64,000 nt of DNA from Bacteroidaceae bacterium (GTDB lineage Bacteria > Bacteroidota > Bacteroidia > Bacteroidales > Bacteroidaceae), in contig JAYRGW010000001.1 in the NCBI GenBank assembly GCA_041907665.1, positions 93,915 through 157,914 on the forward strand, in the 5' to 3' direction. The position numbers were made by a program, and so were the translations under genes. Positions 1 to 11,241 of this stretch are shown one piece after another; position 1 is the stretch's first letter; every line of letters starts with the position of its first letter. Under the pieces are notes generated by a model. The model had not been told where the DNA came from and made no database searches. It saw only the letters and a list, made by a program, of their open reading frames with translations.

Positions 1-347
1 GTTTTGTACTTATGTCTTTTTCGACAGAACTTTATATGCTGTTTGTTTCCTTTGCCCTTATCGGTTGTGCTTGGGCTGCAACATTGGCTTTACCTTTCAC
101 CCTATTGACAAATGCCCTTAACGGTTCTCACATGGGTACTTATTTGGGCCTTTTCAATGGGACAATATGTGTCCCGCAAATCATCGCTGCTTCGTTGGGA
201 GGAGTTATACTTTCGCTTATCTCTCCTGCAGGAGCACTTCCTTCCGAATGGTTAATGATGCTTATTGCGGGTTTAATGTTATTTGTCGGAGCATGCTTTG
301 TGTGGATGATAAAAGAACAATATGGTGAAATACAATCAGTAGATTAA
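1..347 (+). CDS. C-terminal fragment of an MFS/GPH-type sugar transporter (gene starts upstream of the window)
   Basis: The frame is open from the window edge to the stop at 345-347. The tail consists of hydrophobic helices (LFVSFALIGCAWAATLALPFTLL, ICVPQIIAASLGGVILSLI, WLMMLIAGLMLFVGACFVW). It lies 31 bp upstream of, and is co-oriented with, the pullulanase gene. Confidence 0.6.
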   Translation, partial: FVLMSFSTELYMLFVSFALIGCAWAATLALPFTLLTNALNGSHMGTYLGLFNGTICVPQIIAASLGGVILSLISPAGALPSEWLMMLIAGLMLFVGACFVWMIKEQYGEIQSVD

Positions 348-378
348 ACTCTGCTGAATAAGTTCATCAATAAAAAAA

Positions 379-2376
379 ATGACAATGAGGCTATCGAATA
401 GATTTCAATTAATATTATTGTCGGCTATATTTAGTTGTTCGGCCTACGCTATCGGAGTAGTACAATATGATAGCTATCCTATGCCAGCGGGGCAATGGGA
501 GGAATGTCGCTACTCCGTAAGGTATACTTCATTCTGTTTGTGGGCACCTACGGCGAACCGTGTTAGACTTAATATCTATTCATCCGGATCCGGTAATAAT
601 ATTTGGCGGACCCTCTTTATGCAATATTCCAAAGAGGATGGTTTGTGGAAGACGGCAGTCAATAAAGATTTGAATGGTAAGTTTTATACTTTTCAGATAC
701 AAATGAATGGTCGTTGGCTTGCTGAGACTCCCGGCTTATGGGCCAAAGCTGTTGGCATTAATGGCAGACGAGCATCTATTTTGGATCTTAGTACAACCAA
801 TCCTAGCAATTGGGCAAAAGATTATCGCCCAGCGTTGAAGAACTTCTCGGATATTACAATATATGAGATGCATTATCGAGATTTATCGGCAAGCAAAAGT
901 TCGGGAATCAAGCATCGCGGAAAGTTTTTGGCGTTGACAGAAGAGAATACCCATACTTCCGACGGATTGTCTACCGGTATTGATCATTTAAAGGAACTGG
1001 GTGTTACTCATGTTCACGTGTTGCCTTCTTTCGACTTTGCTTCTGTGGATGAAAGAGACAGTAATAGATACAATTGGGGCTACGATCCACAGAACTATAA
1101 TGTTCCCGATGGGGCATATTCGACGAACCCTTACGATCCTAAGGTCCGCATTATGGAATTCAAAAAGATGGTGATGGCTCTGCATCATGCGGGTATTCGT
1201 GTTGTCCTTGATGTTGTTTACAATCATACATCGAAAATGGATGGAAGTAATTTCCAACTTACCGTGCCCAGCTATTTTTATCGGACAGATGATAAAGGAG
1301 CCTTTTCGAATGCTTCGGGTTGTGGTAATGAAACAGCTTCGGAGCGACCCATGATGCGCCTTTACATGATTCAATCCGTGCTTTATTGGGCGAAAGAATA
1401 TCATATAGATGGTTTCCGTTTTGATTTGATGGGAGTGCATGACATCGAGACAATGAATGGAATAAGAAAAGCATTGGATGCTTACGATTCTTCTATCTTT
1501 GTTTATGGCGAAGGCTGGGCTGCCGGTGCTCCGGCATATTCGCCAGAGAAGTTGGCAATGAAAGCAAATATTGTTGAGATGCCTCGCATTGCAGCTTTTG
1601 GCGACGAAATGCGCGATGCTCTTCGAGGTCCTTTTAGTGATGATAATAAAGCGGCTTTCTTGGGAGCTGTGCCTGGTAGCGAAATGAGTATCAAATTTGG
1701 TATCGTAGGTGCTATCTGGCATCCACAGATTCTTTACGATAAGGTAAATTATAGTACTAAGCCTTGGGCCTTGCAACCTACTCAAGCTATTAGCTATGTA
1801 TCATGTCACGATGATATGTGCTTGGCCGATCGGTTAAAGGCTTCTATCCCTAATGCTACTGAATCTGAACTTCTTCGACTCGACAAACTTGCTCAAACAA
1901 TTGTCTTTACATCGCAAGGAGTGCCTTTTATGTTTAATGGAGAAGAAATGTTTCGAAGCAAAAAGGGAGTGCACAATAGTTTTGATAGCCCCGACAGTAT
2001 CAATGCCATTGATTGGTCACTAAAAAGTAAGTATAAAGATCTGTTTGAATATTATAAGGGGCTTATTGCCTTGCGTAAAGCACATCCTGCTTTTCGGATG
2101 GGCAGTGCCGATGTTGTTCGAGAGAAACTGAAGTTTCTTCCGGTGAACAAGGATAATGTCATTGCCTATACGCTGAATGATCATGCTGCAGGTGATCAGG
2201 CCAAGCAGATCGTTGTAGTGTTTAACTCGAATGCAGAAGACATCAGGCAAATGATAGATAATGGAAAATACAAGGTGCTTTGCCGAGATGGTGAAATCAA
2301 ACTAAGCGGATTGGGCACCATAGATGGTGGAGAGATAATTGTACCCAAACAGTCTGCTCTTATTTTGTCTAAATAA
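379..2376 (+). CDS. pulA: Type I pullulanase (GH13 family)
   Basis: 665 aa with a signal peptide. It carries the pullulanase signature YNWGYDPQNYNVPDGAYSTNP and the GH13 catalytic regions VVLDVVYNH, DGFRFDLMG, YGEGW and YVSCHDD. Confidence 0.9.
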   Translation: MTMRLSNRFQLILLSAIFSCSAYAIGVVQYDSYPMPAGQWEECRYSVRYTSFCLWAPTANRVRLNIYSSGSGNNIWRTLFMQYSKEDGLWKTAVNKDLNGKFYTFQIQMNGRWLAETPGLWAKAVGINGRRASILDLSTTNPSNWAKDYRPALKNFSDITIYEMHYRDLSASKSSGIKHRGKFLALTEENTHTSDGLSTGIDHLKELGVTHVHVLPSFDFASVDERDSNRYNWGYDPQNYNVPDGAYSTNPYDPKVRIMEFKKMVMALHHAGIRVVLDVVYNHTSKMDGSNFQLTVPSYFYRTDDKGAFSNASGCGNETASERPMMRLYMIQSVLYWAKEYHIDGFRFDLMGVHDIETMNGIRKALDAYDSSIFVYGEGWAAGAPAYSPEKLAMKANIVEMPRIAAFGDEMRDALRGPFSDDNKAAFLGAVPGSEMSIKFGIVGAIWHPQILYDKVNYSTKPWALQPTQAISYVSCHDDMCLADRLKASIPNATESELLRLDKLAQTIVFTSQGVPFMFNGEEMFRSKKGVHNSFDSPDSINAIDWSLKSKYKDLFEYYKGLIALRKAHPAFRMGSADVVREKLKFLPVNKDNVIAYTLNDHAAGDQAKQIVVVFNSNAEDIRQMIDNGKYKVLCRDGEIKLSGLGTIDGGEIIVPKQSALILSK

Positions 2377-2387
2377 AAAATACATAA

Positions 2388-5072
2388 ATGATGAAAGTCT
2401 ATTTTCAAATTAATTATTGTACGGCTTGGGGCGAAGAGGTTAGGATAAAACTGATTCAGTCCAATGGAATAGAAACCGTTTATCCTCTTGCTACTACCGA
2501 TGGTAAGGTGTGGAGCGGCAGTCTTTCTGTTTCTGGTGATATTCAGTATCAATATTGTATCTATGCCGATGGCAATTTTTCACGTTCCGAGTGGGATTTG
2601 AGTATACGTAGCCTTTGTGATGATGGAAACGTCAAAGTAGTTCATGTTGTCGATGCTTGGCGTGACAAACCCGAAATGTCTTTTTATTATAGTTCGGCCT
2701 TTACCGATTGTATCAGACGGAAAGAGAAATCCAATAAAAAGGCGTTGAAAAAGAAAATCTTCTCGAAAGCGATACGTCTCAATGTAACTGCTCCTCAGCT
2801 TACTCGTGATCAGGTCCTTTTTCTTTCAGGTAATCAAGACTTTCTAGGCAATTGGGATACGACAAAAGGCATCCCTATGGAAAGAGGTACAGGATTGCTC
2901 GAATGGCAGGCACTATTGGACGCATCAATATTGGCATTGCCATTGGAATACAAGTTTTATGCTGTCAATCGTACAACAGGAGAAGTAGAGTGGGAGACGG
3001 GAATGAACCATTCTATAGGCAACTTGAGTATCCAAGAAAATGAGATGTATGTATTCTCGGATATAACGGCCTATTTCTCTTTTCCTCGCTGGAAGGGCGC
3101 AGGCGTTGCTATTCCTGTCTTTTCGTTGCGTAGTAAGAAAAGTTTTGGTGTAGGAGACTTCGGCGATTTGAAAAAGATGATTGACTGGGCTGCGCTTACT
3201 CACCAAAGTGTTGTCCAAATTTTGCCTATCAATGACACTACCATTACTCATACATGGATCGATTCGTATCCTTATAAAAGTATTTCGATATATGCGCTTC
3301 ATCCTATGTATATGGATCTTAATGTTCTAGGCAAACTCAAAGATGCAAAGAAGAGTACAGCTTTCGCCAAGAAGCAGAAGGAATTAAACGCTCTGCCTCA
3401 GATAGATTACGAAGCGGTCAATAGTGCGAAGCTGGACTATATTAAGCAGAAGTTTGACGAAGAAGCAGAAGAGGTTCTTGCCTCCAGTAAGTTTAAAGCT
3501 TTCTTTGCTGACAATGAGTCGTGGTTGATGCCCTATGCCGCTTTTTCTTATCTGCGCGATAAGTTCGGTACGGCTGATTTCCACCTTTGGGGTGATTACC
3601 AAAACTTTGATCGGCAGAAGATTGCTCAACTTTGTTCGCCCGAGACTACGATATATAAGGAGATAGCATTTTGTTACTATATTCAATACAATCTTCATCT
3701 TCAGCTTTCCGACGTTAGTACTTATGCCCGTTGCCATCACGTTATTTTGAAGGGCGATATTCCGATAGGCATCAGTCGCAATAGTGTTGAAGCTTGGACC
3801 GAACCTCATTACTTCAACCTTGACGGACAAGCAGGTGCTCCACCCGACGATTTTTCGGTGAAGGGACAAAATTGGGGATCTCCTACCTACAATTGGGACG
3901 AAATGGCTAAAGATGGCTATGCTTGGTGGAAACATCGTTTCAAACAAATGGCACAGTACTTCGATGCTTATCGTATAGATCATATTTTGGGGTTTTTCCG
4001 TATTTGGGAAATTCCTATAGATGCCGTTCACGGATTATTGGGACAATTCTCACCGGCATTGCCTATGTCTGTTGGCGAAATACAACGTTACGGTTTGTGG
4101 TTCCGTTCCGATTTCTTCACTAAACCATTTATTAATGATCATGTTTTGGATAAAATCTTTGGTGAACATGCCCAAGAAGTCAGACTCAACTATTTGCAGC
4201 CCATTCACGACGGGCTCTATGAGATGTTGTCCCAGTATGATACTCAACGTAAAGTAGAAAAAGCTTTTGCGGGGAAGACAGACGAAAAGAGCAATTGGCT
4301 TCGAGAAGGCTTATATTCACTTATCAGTGATGTGCTTTTTATTCCAGATCGGAAGAATCCCAATATGTATCATCCTCGTATTGCTGTTCAATTCGATTTC
4401 GTCTACGAAGCGCTGAAATGGGGCGAAAAAGAGGCTTTCAATCGGTTGTATAACGATTATTATTACCGTAGACACAACGATTTCTGGTATCATGAGGCTA
4501 TGAAGAAACTACCTTGCCTTATCGGTGCCACTCGTATGCTGGTGTGTGGAGAAGATCTCGGAATGGTTCCCGGTTGTGTAGAAGCTGTAATGAAACAACT
4601 TCAGATATTGAGTCTGGAGTTGCAACGTATGCCCAAAAGCCAAAATGCCGAATTCGGTCATGTTACCGATTACCCTTATTTGTCGGTTTGCACTTTCTCC
4701 TCGCACGATACTTCTACTATTCGTGAGTGGTGGGAAGAAGATTATGGTAAGACCGCACGTTATTTTCAAAACGAATTGCATAGACAAGATGATATACCCC
4801 CATTTGCTCCCGCGTGGATTTGCAAATTAATAGTCGACCTGCAACTCAATAGCAACTCGATGCTTACGATTCTTTCATTTCAAGATTGGTTGTCTATTGA
4901 TGAGTCTGTTCGTCTTCCCGATGCTTCGGCCGAACGTATCAATGTTCCTGCTGATCCGCAGCACTATTGGCGTTATCGTATGCATCTTACTCTTGAAGAG
5001 TTAATGAATAGTGATGAATTGAATGAGGAAATAAGAAACCTGATAAGTAATAGCGGTAGAAATAAACAGTAG
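2388..5072 (+). CDS. malQ: 4-alpha-glucanotransferase (GH77 amylomaltase) with N-terminal starch-binding (CBM20-like) repeats
   Basis: 894 aa. The N-terminus has two CBM20-like segments (YCTAWGEEV, FLSGNQDFLGNWD). The core has GH77 motifs (GVAIPVFSLRS, SPYKSISIYALHPMY, DAYRIDHILGFFRIWEIP, CGEDLGMVP). It starts 11 bp after pulA. Confidence 0.9.
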   Translation: MMKVYFQINYCTAWGEEVRIKLIQSNGIETVYPLATTDGKVWSGSLSVSGDIQYQYCIYADGNFSRSEWDLSIRSLCDDGNVKVVHVVDAWRDKPEMSFYYSSAFTDCIRRKEKSNKKALKKKIFSKAIRLNVTAPQLTRDQVLFLSGNQDFLGNWDTTKGIPMERGTGLLEWQALLDASILALPLEYKFYAVNRTTGEVEWETGMNHSIGNLSIQENEMYVFSDITAYFSFPRWKGAGVAIPVFSLRSKKSFGVGDFGDLKKMIDWAALTHQSVVQILPINDTTITHTWIDSYPYKSISIYALHPMYMDLNVLGKLKDAKKSTAFAKKQKELNALPQIDYEAVNSAKLDYIKQKFDEEAEEVLASSKFKAFFADNESWLMPYAAFSYLRDKFGTADFHLWGDYQNFDRQKIAQLCSPETTIYKEIAFCYYIQYNLHLQLSDVSTYARCHHVILKGDIPIGISRNSVEAWTEPHYFNLDGQAGAPPDDFSVKGQNWGSPTYNWDEMAKDGYAWWKHRFKQMAQYFDAYRIDHILGFFRIWEIPIDAVHGLLGQFSPALPMSVGEIQRYGLWFRSDFFTKPFINDHVLDKIFGEHAQEVRLNYLQPIHDGLYEMLSQYDTQRKVEKAFAGKTDEKSNWLREGLYSLISDVLFIPDRKNPNMYHPRIAVQFDFVYEALKWGEKEAFNRLYNDYYYRRHNDFWYHEAMKKLPCLIGATRMLVCGEDLGMVPGCVEAVMKQLQILSLELQRMPKSQNAEFGHVTDYPYLSVCTFSSHDTSTIREWWEEDYGKTARYFQNELHRQDDIPPFAPAWICKLIVDLQLNSNSMLTILSFQDWLSIDESVRLPDASAERINVPADPQHYWRYRMHLTLEELMNSDELNEEIRNLISNSGRNKQ

Positions 5073-5099
5073 ATAGAAAAAAGTATGTACTTATGTATC

Positions 5100-5187
5100 T
5101 TGCGACTCACGCCCGTGAGTCGCAAGTTTCGTCCTTACGTTTTTTCCGACTCACGGGCGTGAGTCGCAGGCGTCATAAGGACGAAAA
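5100..5187. repeat. Nested palindromic element: two copies of a GC-rich hairpin in opposite loop orientation, plus an outer stem
   Basis: Hairpin 1 is CTTGCGACTCAC-GCCC-GTGAGTCGCAAG (5100-5127). Hairpin 2 is GACTCAC-GGGC-GTGAGTC (5149-5166), the reverse complement of hairpin 1. TTTCGTCCTTA (5128-5138) pairs with TAAGGACGAAA (5177-5187) and encloses hairpin 2. Confidence 0.6.
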
Positions 5188-5309
5188 CTTTTTCTTCTCT
5201 TTTAGTAATTTTAGAAATGATCAGTTCCGAACAAAAGTATTAAAAAACATTGCTTCGGAATGTCTATGGAATACTGGTAAAAGTACGGTTCCTGGGTATA
5301 AAAAACGTC

Positions 5310-5347
5310 AGAAGTCCCGCCATATCACATGGGGAGACTTCTTTATT
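5310..5347. terminator. Putative bidirectional rho-independent terminator between convergent malQ and the GH97 gene
   Basis: AGAAGTCCCGCC (5310-5321) and GGGGAGACTTCT (5331-5342) form an imperfect stem. An A-run lies on the left (5301-5305) and TTATTT on the right. Confidence 0.4.
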
Positions 5348-5457
5348 TAAAACCTTAACACTAACACAAAAATTGATAATATGTATATTCTTGTCCGCTT
5401 TTTGTATGTTGCAAACCTACTTATCGTGTAACGAATGCCAATGATGAAATCATCGCT

Positions 5458-7599
<2,142 letters not shown>

Positions 7600-7668
7600 C
7601 TAATTATGTTAACAATATGCGTCATTGTAGAATATTAATTCTAGGGAATCTTTTATTCTATATTGCAC

Positions 7669-7788
7669 CAAAATTACTATTAATATGGTAGAGAGGTCGG
7701 CAATGTTAGTGAAAAAGTAGCAACTCGTATGATTTAATATTGTTGACAATCAGTTTATTGTGAATGTTTGTAACGCGGAAAAAAGTAG
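7669..7788 (-). promoter_or_regulatory. Predicted activator-dependent promoter/operator of the GH97 gene
   Basis: Read on the minus strand: distal box CTACTTTTTT (7779-7788), proximal box CTACTTTTTC (7711-7720) with starts 68 bp apart, and -7 box TAATTTTG (7669-7676) starting 44 bp after the proximal box. No -33 TTTG is present. The geometry is the same as upstream of susC. Confidence 0.55.
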
Positions 7789-7805
7789 TGGCTATATGCT
7801 ATTTG

Positions 7806-9434
7806 CTATCCTAAATCGTTGAGTTGTGCTATTTTCATAATTTCTTTTTCGAGTGCATTACGGTCACCTTTTGCTGCATTTCTTATTTTTACTCTATAAT
7901 TATAGATAGTGGTGACCGAGTATCTCAAGAACTTTGCAATCTTGGCGCTATCAGAGATACCCAATCGAATTAATGCAAATATACGTAGCTCTACATTGAG
8001 TTGTCCTTTCTCCTTGGGATAGATTCTGCCTTCTGGGATTAACATATTGTTGAACTCTTCGACAAAAGTGGGGAAAAGCTCAAGAAAAGTTTTGTCGAAG
8101 TTCAAGTAGAAGTCTTTTAATTCGTTTTCGATGAACTCAGACGAACGTAATGCTCTATACAGCGCTTCTACTTTCTCGTTAGAGGCGATCTTTATAAGGG
8201 AGTGCTGGTATTCATTCATCTTCTCGATATAGAAAGAACACAATTCCATGTATCGACTTAGGCTTGCTTCTTTTATATTATTTGCTTCGACAAGCGATAC
8301 ATTGGTTGTTATTAGCTTTCTATTCGAATGTTTGAGTGCTTCATTCAAGTCTATTAGGTTTTGTTTGAATAGAGAGAGCTTATTCTTTTGTTTGTTCAAA
8401 TAGAATAGCACGATAGCCAATACGATAGCCAATATTGTAATGCATGCAAAGGCAATGGTGCGTTGTTGCTCTTTTTTCTGTAGCTTTAGTTGATAGCTCT
8501 TCTCCACAATGGGGTATATCTGAGAAATCTCGACGGTGCGAAGCCGTGCATTGCAATAAGAAGCATCTTCCATTGCACATTTCATATAGTTGTATGCCCT
8601 ATTCAAATCTCCTTCCTTATATAAAAGTTTGGATAGCTCTAATAGCGAAAGATATTCTTTTGTTGCCGACTGAAGGTCTGCAATGGCTGATGTAGCTAGA
8701 TAATACTCTTCTCTTTCAGTATCTCCCGCTTGGCGATAGGCCATTGCTATGGTATAGCCTAAATATCTCATCATATCCATATCCGATTTCTTCACCCAGG
8801 GGAGCATCAGGTTGAGCGCTTCTTTATAATTTCCATTGTCCAAAAGCTTTTCTGATTTTGAGATCGCATAAGAAGAGGTGTTCTTTCCTTGATAGAGCAT
8901 TAAGGAGTCTCTGTAAAGGCTTACTTGGCGAACATATTCGTTATGGAATGATTTCTTGGAAGAATAATCGGCCATGAAACCATACATCATACGATAGACG
9001 TGGTAACAATATTTTAGATTGCTGGCATTGAGAGAATGTCTATTAACCGAGTTCGCTAAGTTTAGGGCTTCCAGATACAATCCTTCTGTAGCATAGACTT
9101 CGGCCAATGTTAGTATCGAGTGATTAATATATTCCGTATTATTTAAGTCTTTTGCCAATGTTAGTCGTTTGGAAGCAAACACTTCAGCCGAGTCGAGATT
9201 AAACACTCGATACTCTTCGTAAATCTCATCAATCAATTTGTATTGACGTTCTTTACTTTTTGCCATATTGAATTGCTCCTTTGTCTTTGCAATCAAATCC
9301 AATTTCGTTTGAGTGATCTGTTGTTTTTCTTTTACAACTTTATCGAGTATGGCTAATGCTTCTGGTGCGGTCGATTGGGCAGAGCAAACGGCTGGCAAAA
9401 ATATTAGAACAATAAGGCGTAATAAATTTTTCAT
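7806..9434 (-). CDS. Membrane-anchored TPR-sensor/HTH transcriptional regulator (DUF6377-type), paralogue 1
   Basis: 542 aa. Domain order: signal peptide, about 300 aa of TPR-like helical repeats, one TM helix (TIAFACITILAIVLAIVLFYL), a coiled coil, and a C-terminal LuxR-like HTH (LNVELRIFALIRLGISDSAKIAKFLRYSVTTIYNYRVKIRN). Confidence 0.75.
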   Translation of the reverse strand: MKNLLRLIVLIFLPAVCSAQSTAPEALAILDKVVKEKQQITQTKLDLIAKTKEQFNMAKSKERQYKLIDEIYEEYRVFNLDSAEVFASKRLTLAKDLNNTEYINHSILTLAEVYATEGLYLEALNLANSVNRHSLNASNLKYCYHVYRMMYGFMADYSSKKSFHNEYVRQVSLYRDSLMLYQGKNTSSYAISKSEKLLDNGNYKEALNLMLPWVKKSDMDMMRYLGYTIAMAYRQAGDTEREEYYLATSAIADLQSATKEYLSLLELSKLLYKEGDLNRAYNYMKCAMEDASYCNARLRTVEISQIYPIVEKSYQLKLQKKEQQRTIAFACITILAIVLAIVLFYLNKQKNKLSLFKQNLIDLNEALKHSNRKLITTNVSLVEANNIKEASLSRYMELCSFYIEKMNEYQHSLIKIASNEKVEALYRALRSSEFIENELKDFYLNFDKTFLELFPTFVEEFNNMLIPEGRIYPKEKGQLNVELRIFALIRLGISDSAKIAKFLRYSVTTIYNYRVKIRNAAKGDRNALEKEIMKIAQLNDLG

Positions 9435-9813
9435 GTAAGTGTTAGTGCTATTTCTGATAGGTTTCTCTCTTCTCTATTTATAATCTCAAAAATAAACTTT
9501 TTTTTTGACTTAAGAAACATAATCAAGAGAAAAAGAATGAATTTTAATGTGCAACCGTTTTACTTGTTCTAAAAGGTCCTTGATCTTTTGTGAATCGTGG
9601 GTGTCAATAGTAGGTTTGAGTATTGTTGGTGGATTGATAATATAGTTGTCTCAAGTTGTATAGTGTTGTTCAACATCTTTTTATATGTATAATATCTTTT
9701 ATTTTTATTAATTTTCATCGTTGCTTTTAATAAAGAAACGGAGATATGCTAACCAATTAATAAATATTATTTATATTTACGTCGTTCTAATTAACCTTTT
9801 TATTATCTAGTGT

Positions 9814-10908
9814 ATGTCGAATAGAAGAAATTTCTTTAAAACTCTTATCGCAGGGTCTTCGTTATTGATAAGCCATAAAGTAATGGCTTCGAGTCAGAAT
9901 TTTGAAAGCGTAATCGCTTCGAATACTAAACCTACCGGAAGCCGGTTGAATAACTTCTCTACTCCCGGTGCATTTAAAGGAATGCCAATAAAAGCAACTT
10001 TTCTAGACGAGATTAGTTGGGATATTCCTCATCAGAATTGGGGAGTTCGCGAGTGGGATAATGATTTTAAGGCGATGGTTAAAATGGGTATCAATACCGT
10101 GGTGATGATTCGTGCAGGTTTGGGACGCTGGATTGTTGCTCCTTTTCAATCATTATTGAAACAAGAAGAAGTCTATTATCCTCCAGTTGACTTGGTAGAG
10201 ATGTTTTTAACCTTGTCAGATAAGTATGGGTTGAATTTCTTTTTTGGGATGTATGATTCAGGTAAGTATTGGCAAGAAGGTCTTTTTCAAAAGGAAATAG
10301 ATTTGAATCTGCAGCTAATTGACGAAGTATGGACCAAATATGGCCATCATAAGTCGTTTAAGGGTTGGTACTTGTCTCAAGAGATAAGCCGCAGGACTAA
10401 GAATATGTCCAAAATATATGCTTCAGTAGGTAAGCATGCAAAAGATATATCAGGCAATCTAACCACGATGATTTCTCCCTATATACATGGAGTGAAGACT
10501 GATCAGGTAATGGCTGGAGACAAGCCTCTTTCGGTGAAAGAACATGAGGAAGAGTGGAATGAGATATTAGATAACATACATGGTGCTGTTGATATACTAG
10601 CTTTTCAAGATGGGCAAGTAGACTACCAAGAGCTTTATGATTATCTTGTAGTAAATAAGAAATTGGCCGACAGATATGGAATGAAGTGTTGGACAAATAT
10701 CGAATCTTTCGATCGGGATATGCCTATTCGTTTTCTTCCGATAAAGTGGGAGAAACTTTTGTTGAAGCTTGAGGCTGCTCGTAAAGCTGGTATGGAAAAT
10801 GCCATTACTTTTGAGTTCTCTCATTTCATGAGCCCCAATTCAAGTTATTCACAAGCAGGGCATTTGTATAATCGCTATCTTGAGCATTTCAATATTAAAA
10901 GAGGATAA
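9814..10908 (+). CDS. Tat-exported glycoside-hydrolase-like protein (probably DUF4434 family)
   Basis: 364 aa. It has a twin-arginine signal (SNRRNFFKTLIAGSSLL). The segment ATFLDEISWDIPHQNWGVREWDNDFKAMVKMGINTVVMIRAG resembles the DUF4434 TIM-barrel-like family as I recall it. Confidence 0.55.
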   Translation: MSNRRNFFKTLIAGSSLLISHKVMASSQNFESVIASNTKPTGSRLNNFSTPGAFKGMPIKATFLDEISWDIPHQNWGVREWDNDFKAMVKMGINTVVMIRAGLGRWIVAPFQSLLKQEEVYYPPVDLVEMFLTLSDKYGLNFFFGMYDSGKYWQEGLFQKEIDLNLQLIDEVWTKYGHHKSFKGWYLSQEISRRTKNMSKIYASVGKHAKDISGNLTTMISPYIHGVKTDQVMAGDKPLSVKEHEEEWNEILDNIHGAVDILAFQDGQVDYQELYDYLVVNKKLADRYGMKCWTNIESFDRDMPIRFLPIKWEKLLLKLEAARKAGMENAITFEFSHFMSPNSSYSQAGHLYNRYLEHFNIKRG

Positions 10909-10967
10909 AATAAATATCAGTATTTTCCTACTTGCCTGGTATTGACTAGGCACATAGGTTTCTTATG

Positions 10968-11018
10968 GGCATGCAATTAATTGATTCATTTCTTACGGAA
11001 TGCAATTAATTGTATGCC
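10968..11018. repeat. 16-bp inverted repeat containing two copies of the 10-bp palindrome CAATTAATTG
   Basis: GGCATGCAATTAATTG (10968-10983) faces CAATTAATTGTATGCC (11003-11018), matching at 15 of 16 positions with a 19-nt spacer. It lies 60 bp after the DUF4434 stop and about 225 bp before regulator paralogue 2. Confidence 0.55.
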
Positions 11019-11241
11019 TCATTTAATTTTATGTGTATTTTTTTTAGAGAATAAGTATTGCAATTTATTTATTTCTGTAACTTTGTTTATCAGAAATGCT
11101 TTAAGATTGTTTATTGTATTTTGTAGCATTTGGCGAATTGTTCGGTGTTGGCATCATGTCTTATTGTTTTGTGAGAAGAATCACTTTCCTTTATGATCAC
11201 ATGATATTGAATTGATGTTGAATTGTTATTATTAATTGCTT

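Noticed and set aside
988-1785. Long antisense ORFs inside well-supported genes. Examples: 988-1785, 3384-4031, 18792-19427, 29047-29583, 42061-42555, 33615-33950, 21145-21513, 24212-24604.
   Set aside because: Each lies entirely within, and opposite to, a gene with clear family motifs. The translations are low-complexity, Ser/Ile/Phe/Arg-rich, and carry no recognisable domain. They are shadow ORFs.
5093-5350. 85-aa ORF in the malQ/GH97 intergenic region.
   Set aside because: It is a read-through of the palindromic element (the peptide itself is repetitive: THARESQVS...LTGVSRR). It shows no coding features.
9435-9813. CTACTT-type operator upstream of the DUF4434 gene, and a single CTACTTGCCT at 10928.
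   Set aside because: Only loose resemblances are present (TTTTACTTGTTC, CTACTATTG). There is no second box at 68 bp and no -7 box at the expected offset.
10981-11196. 71-aa ORF (TTG start) upstream of regulator 2; also the 20159-20479 ORF.
   Set aside because: The first is AT-rich intergenic sequence with a non-ATG start and no motifs. The second overlaps the terminator hairpin and the GH95 3' end.
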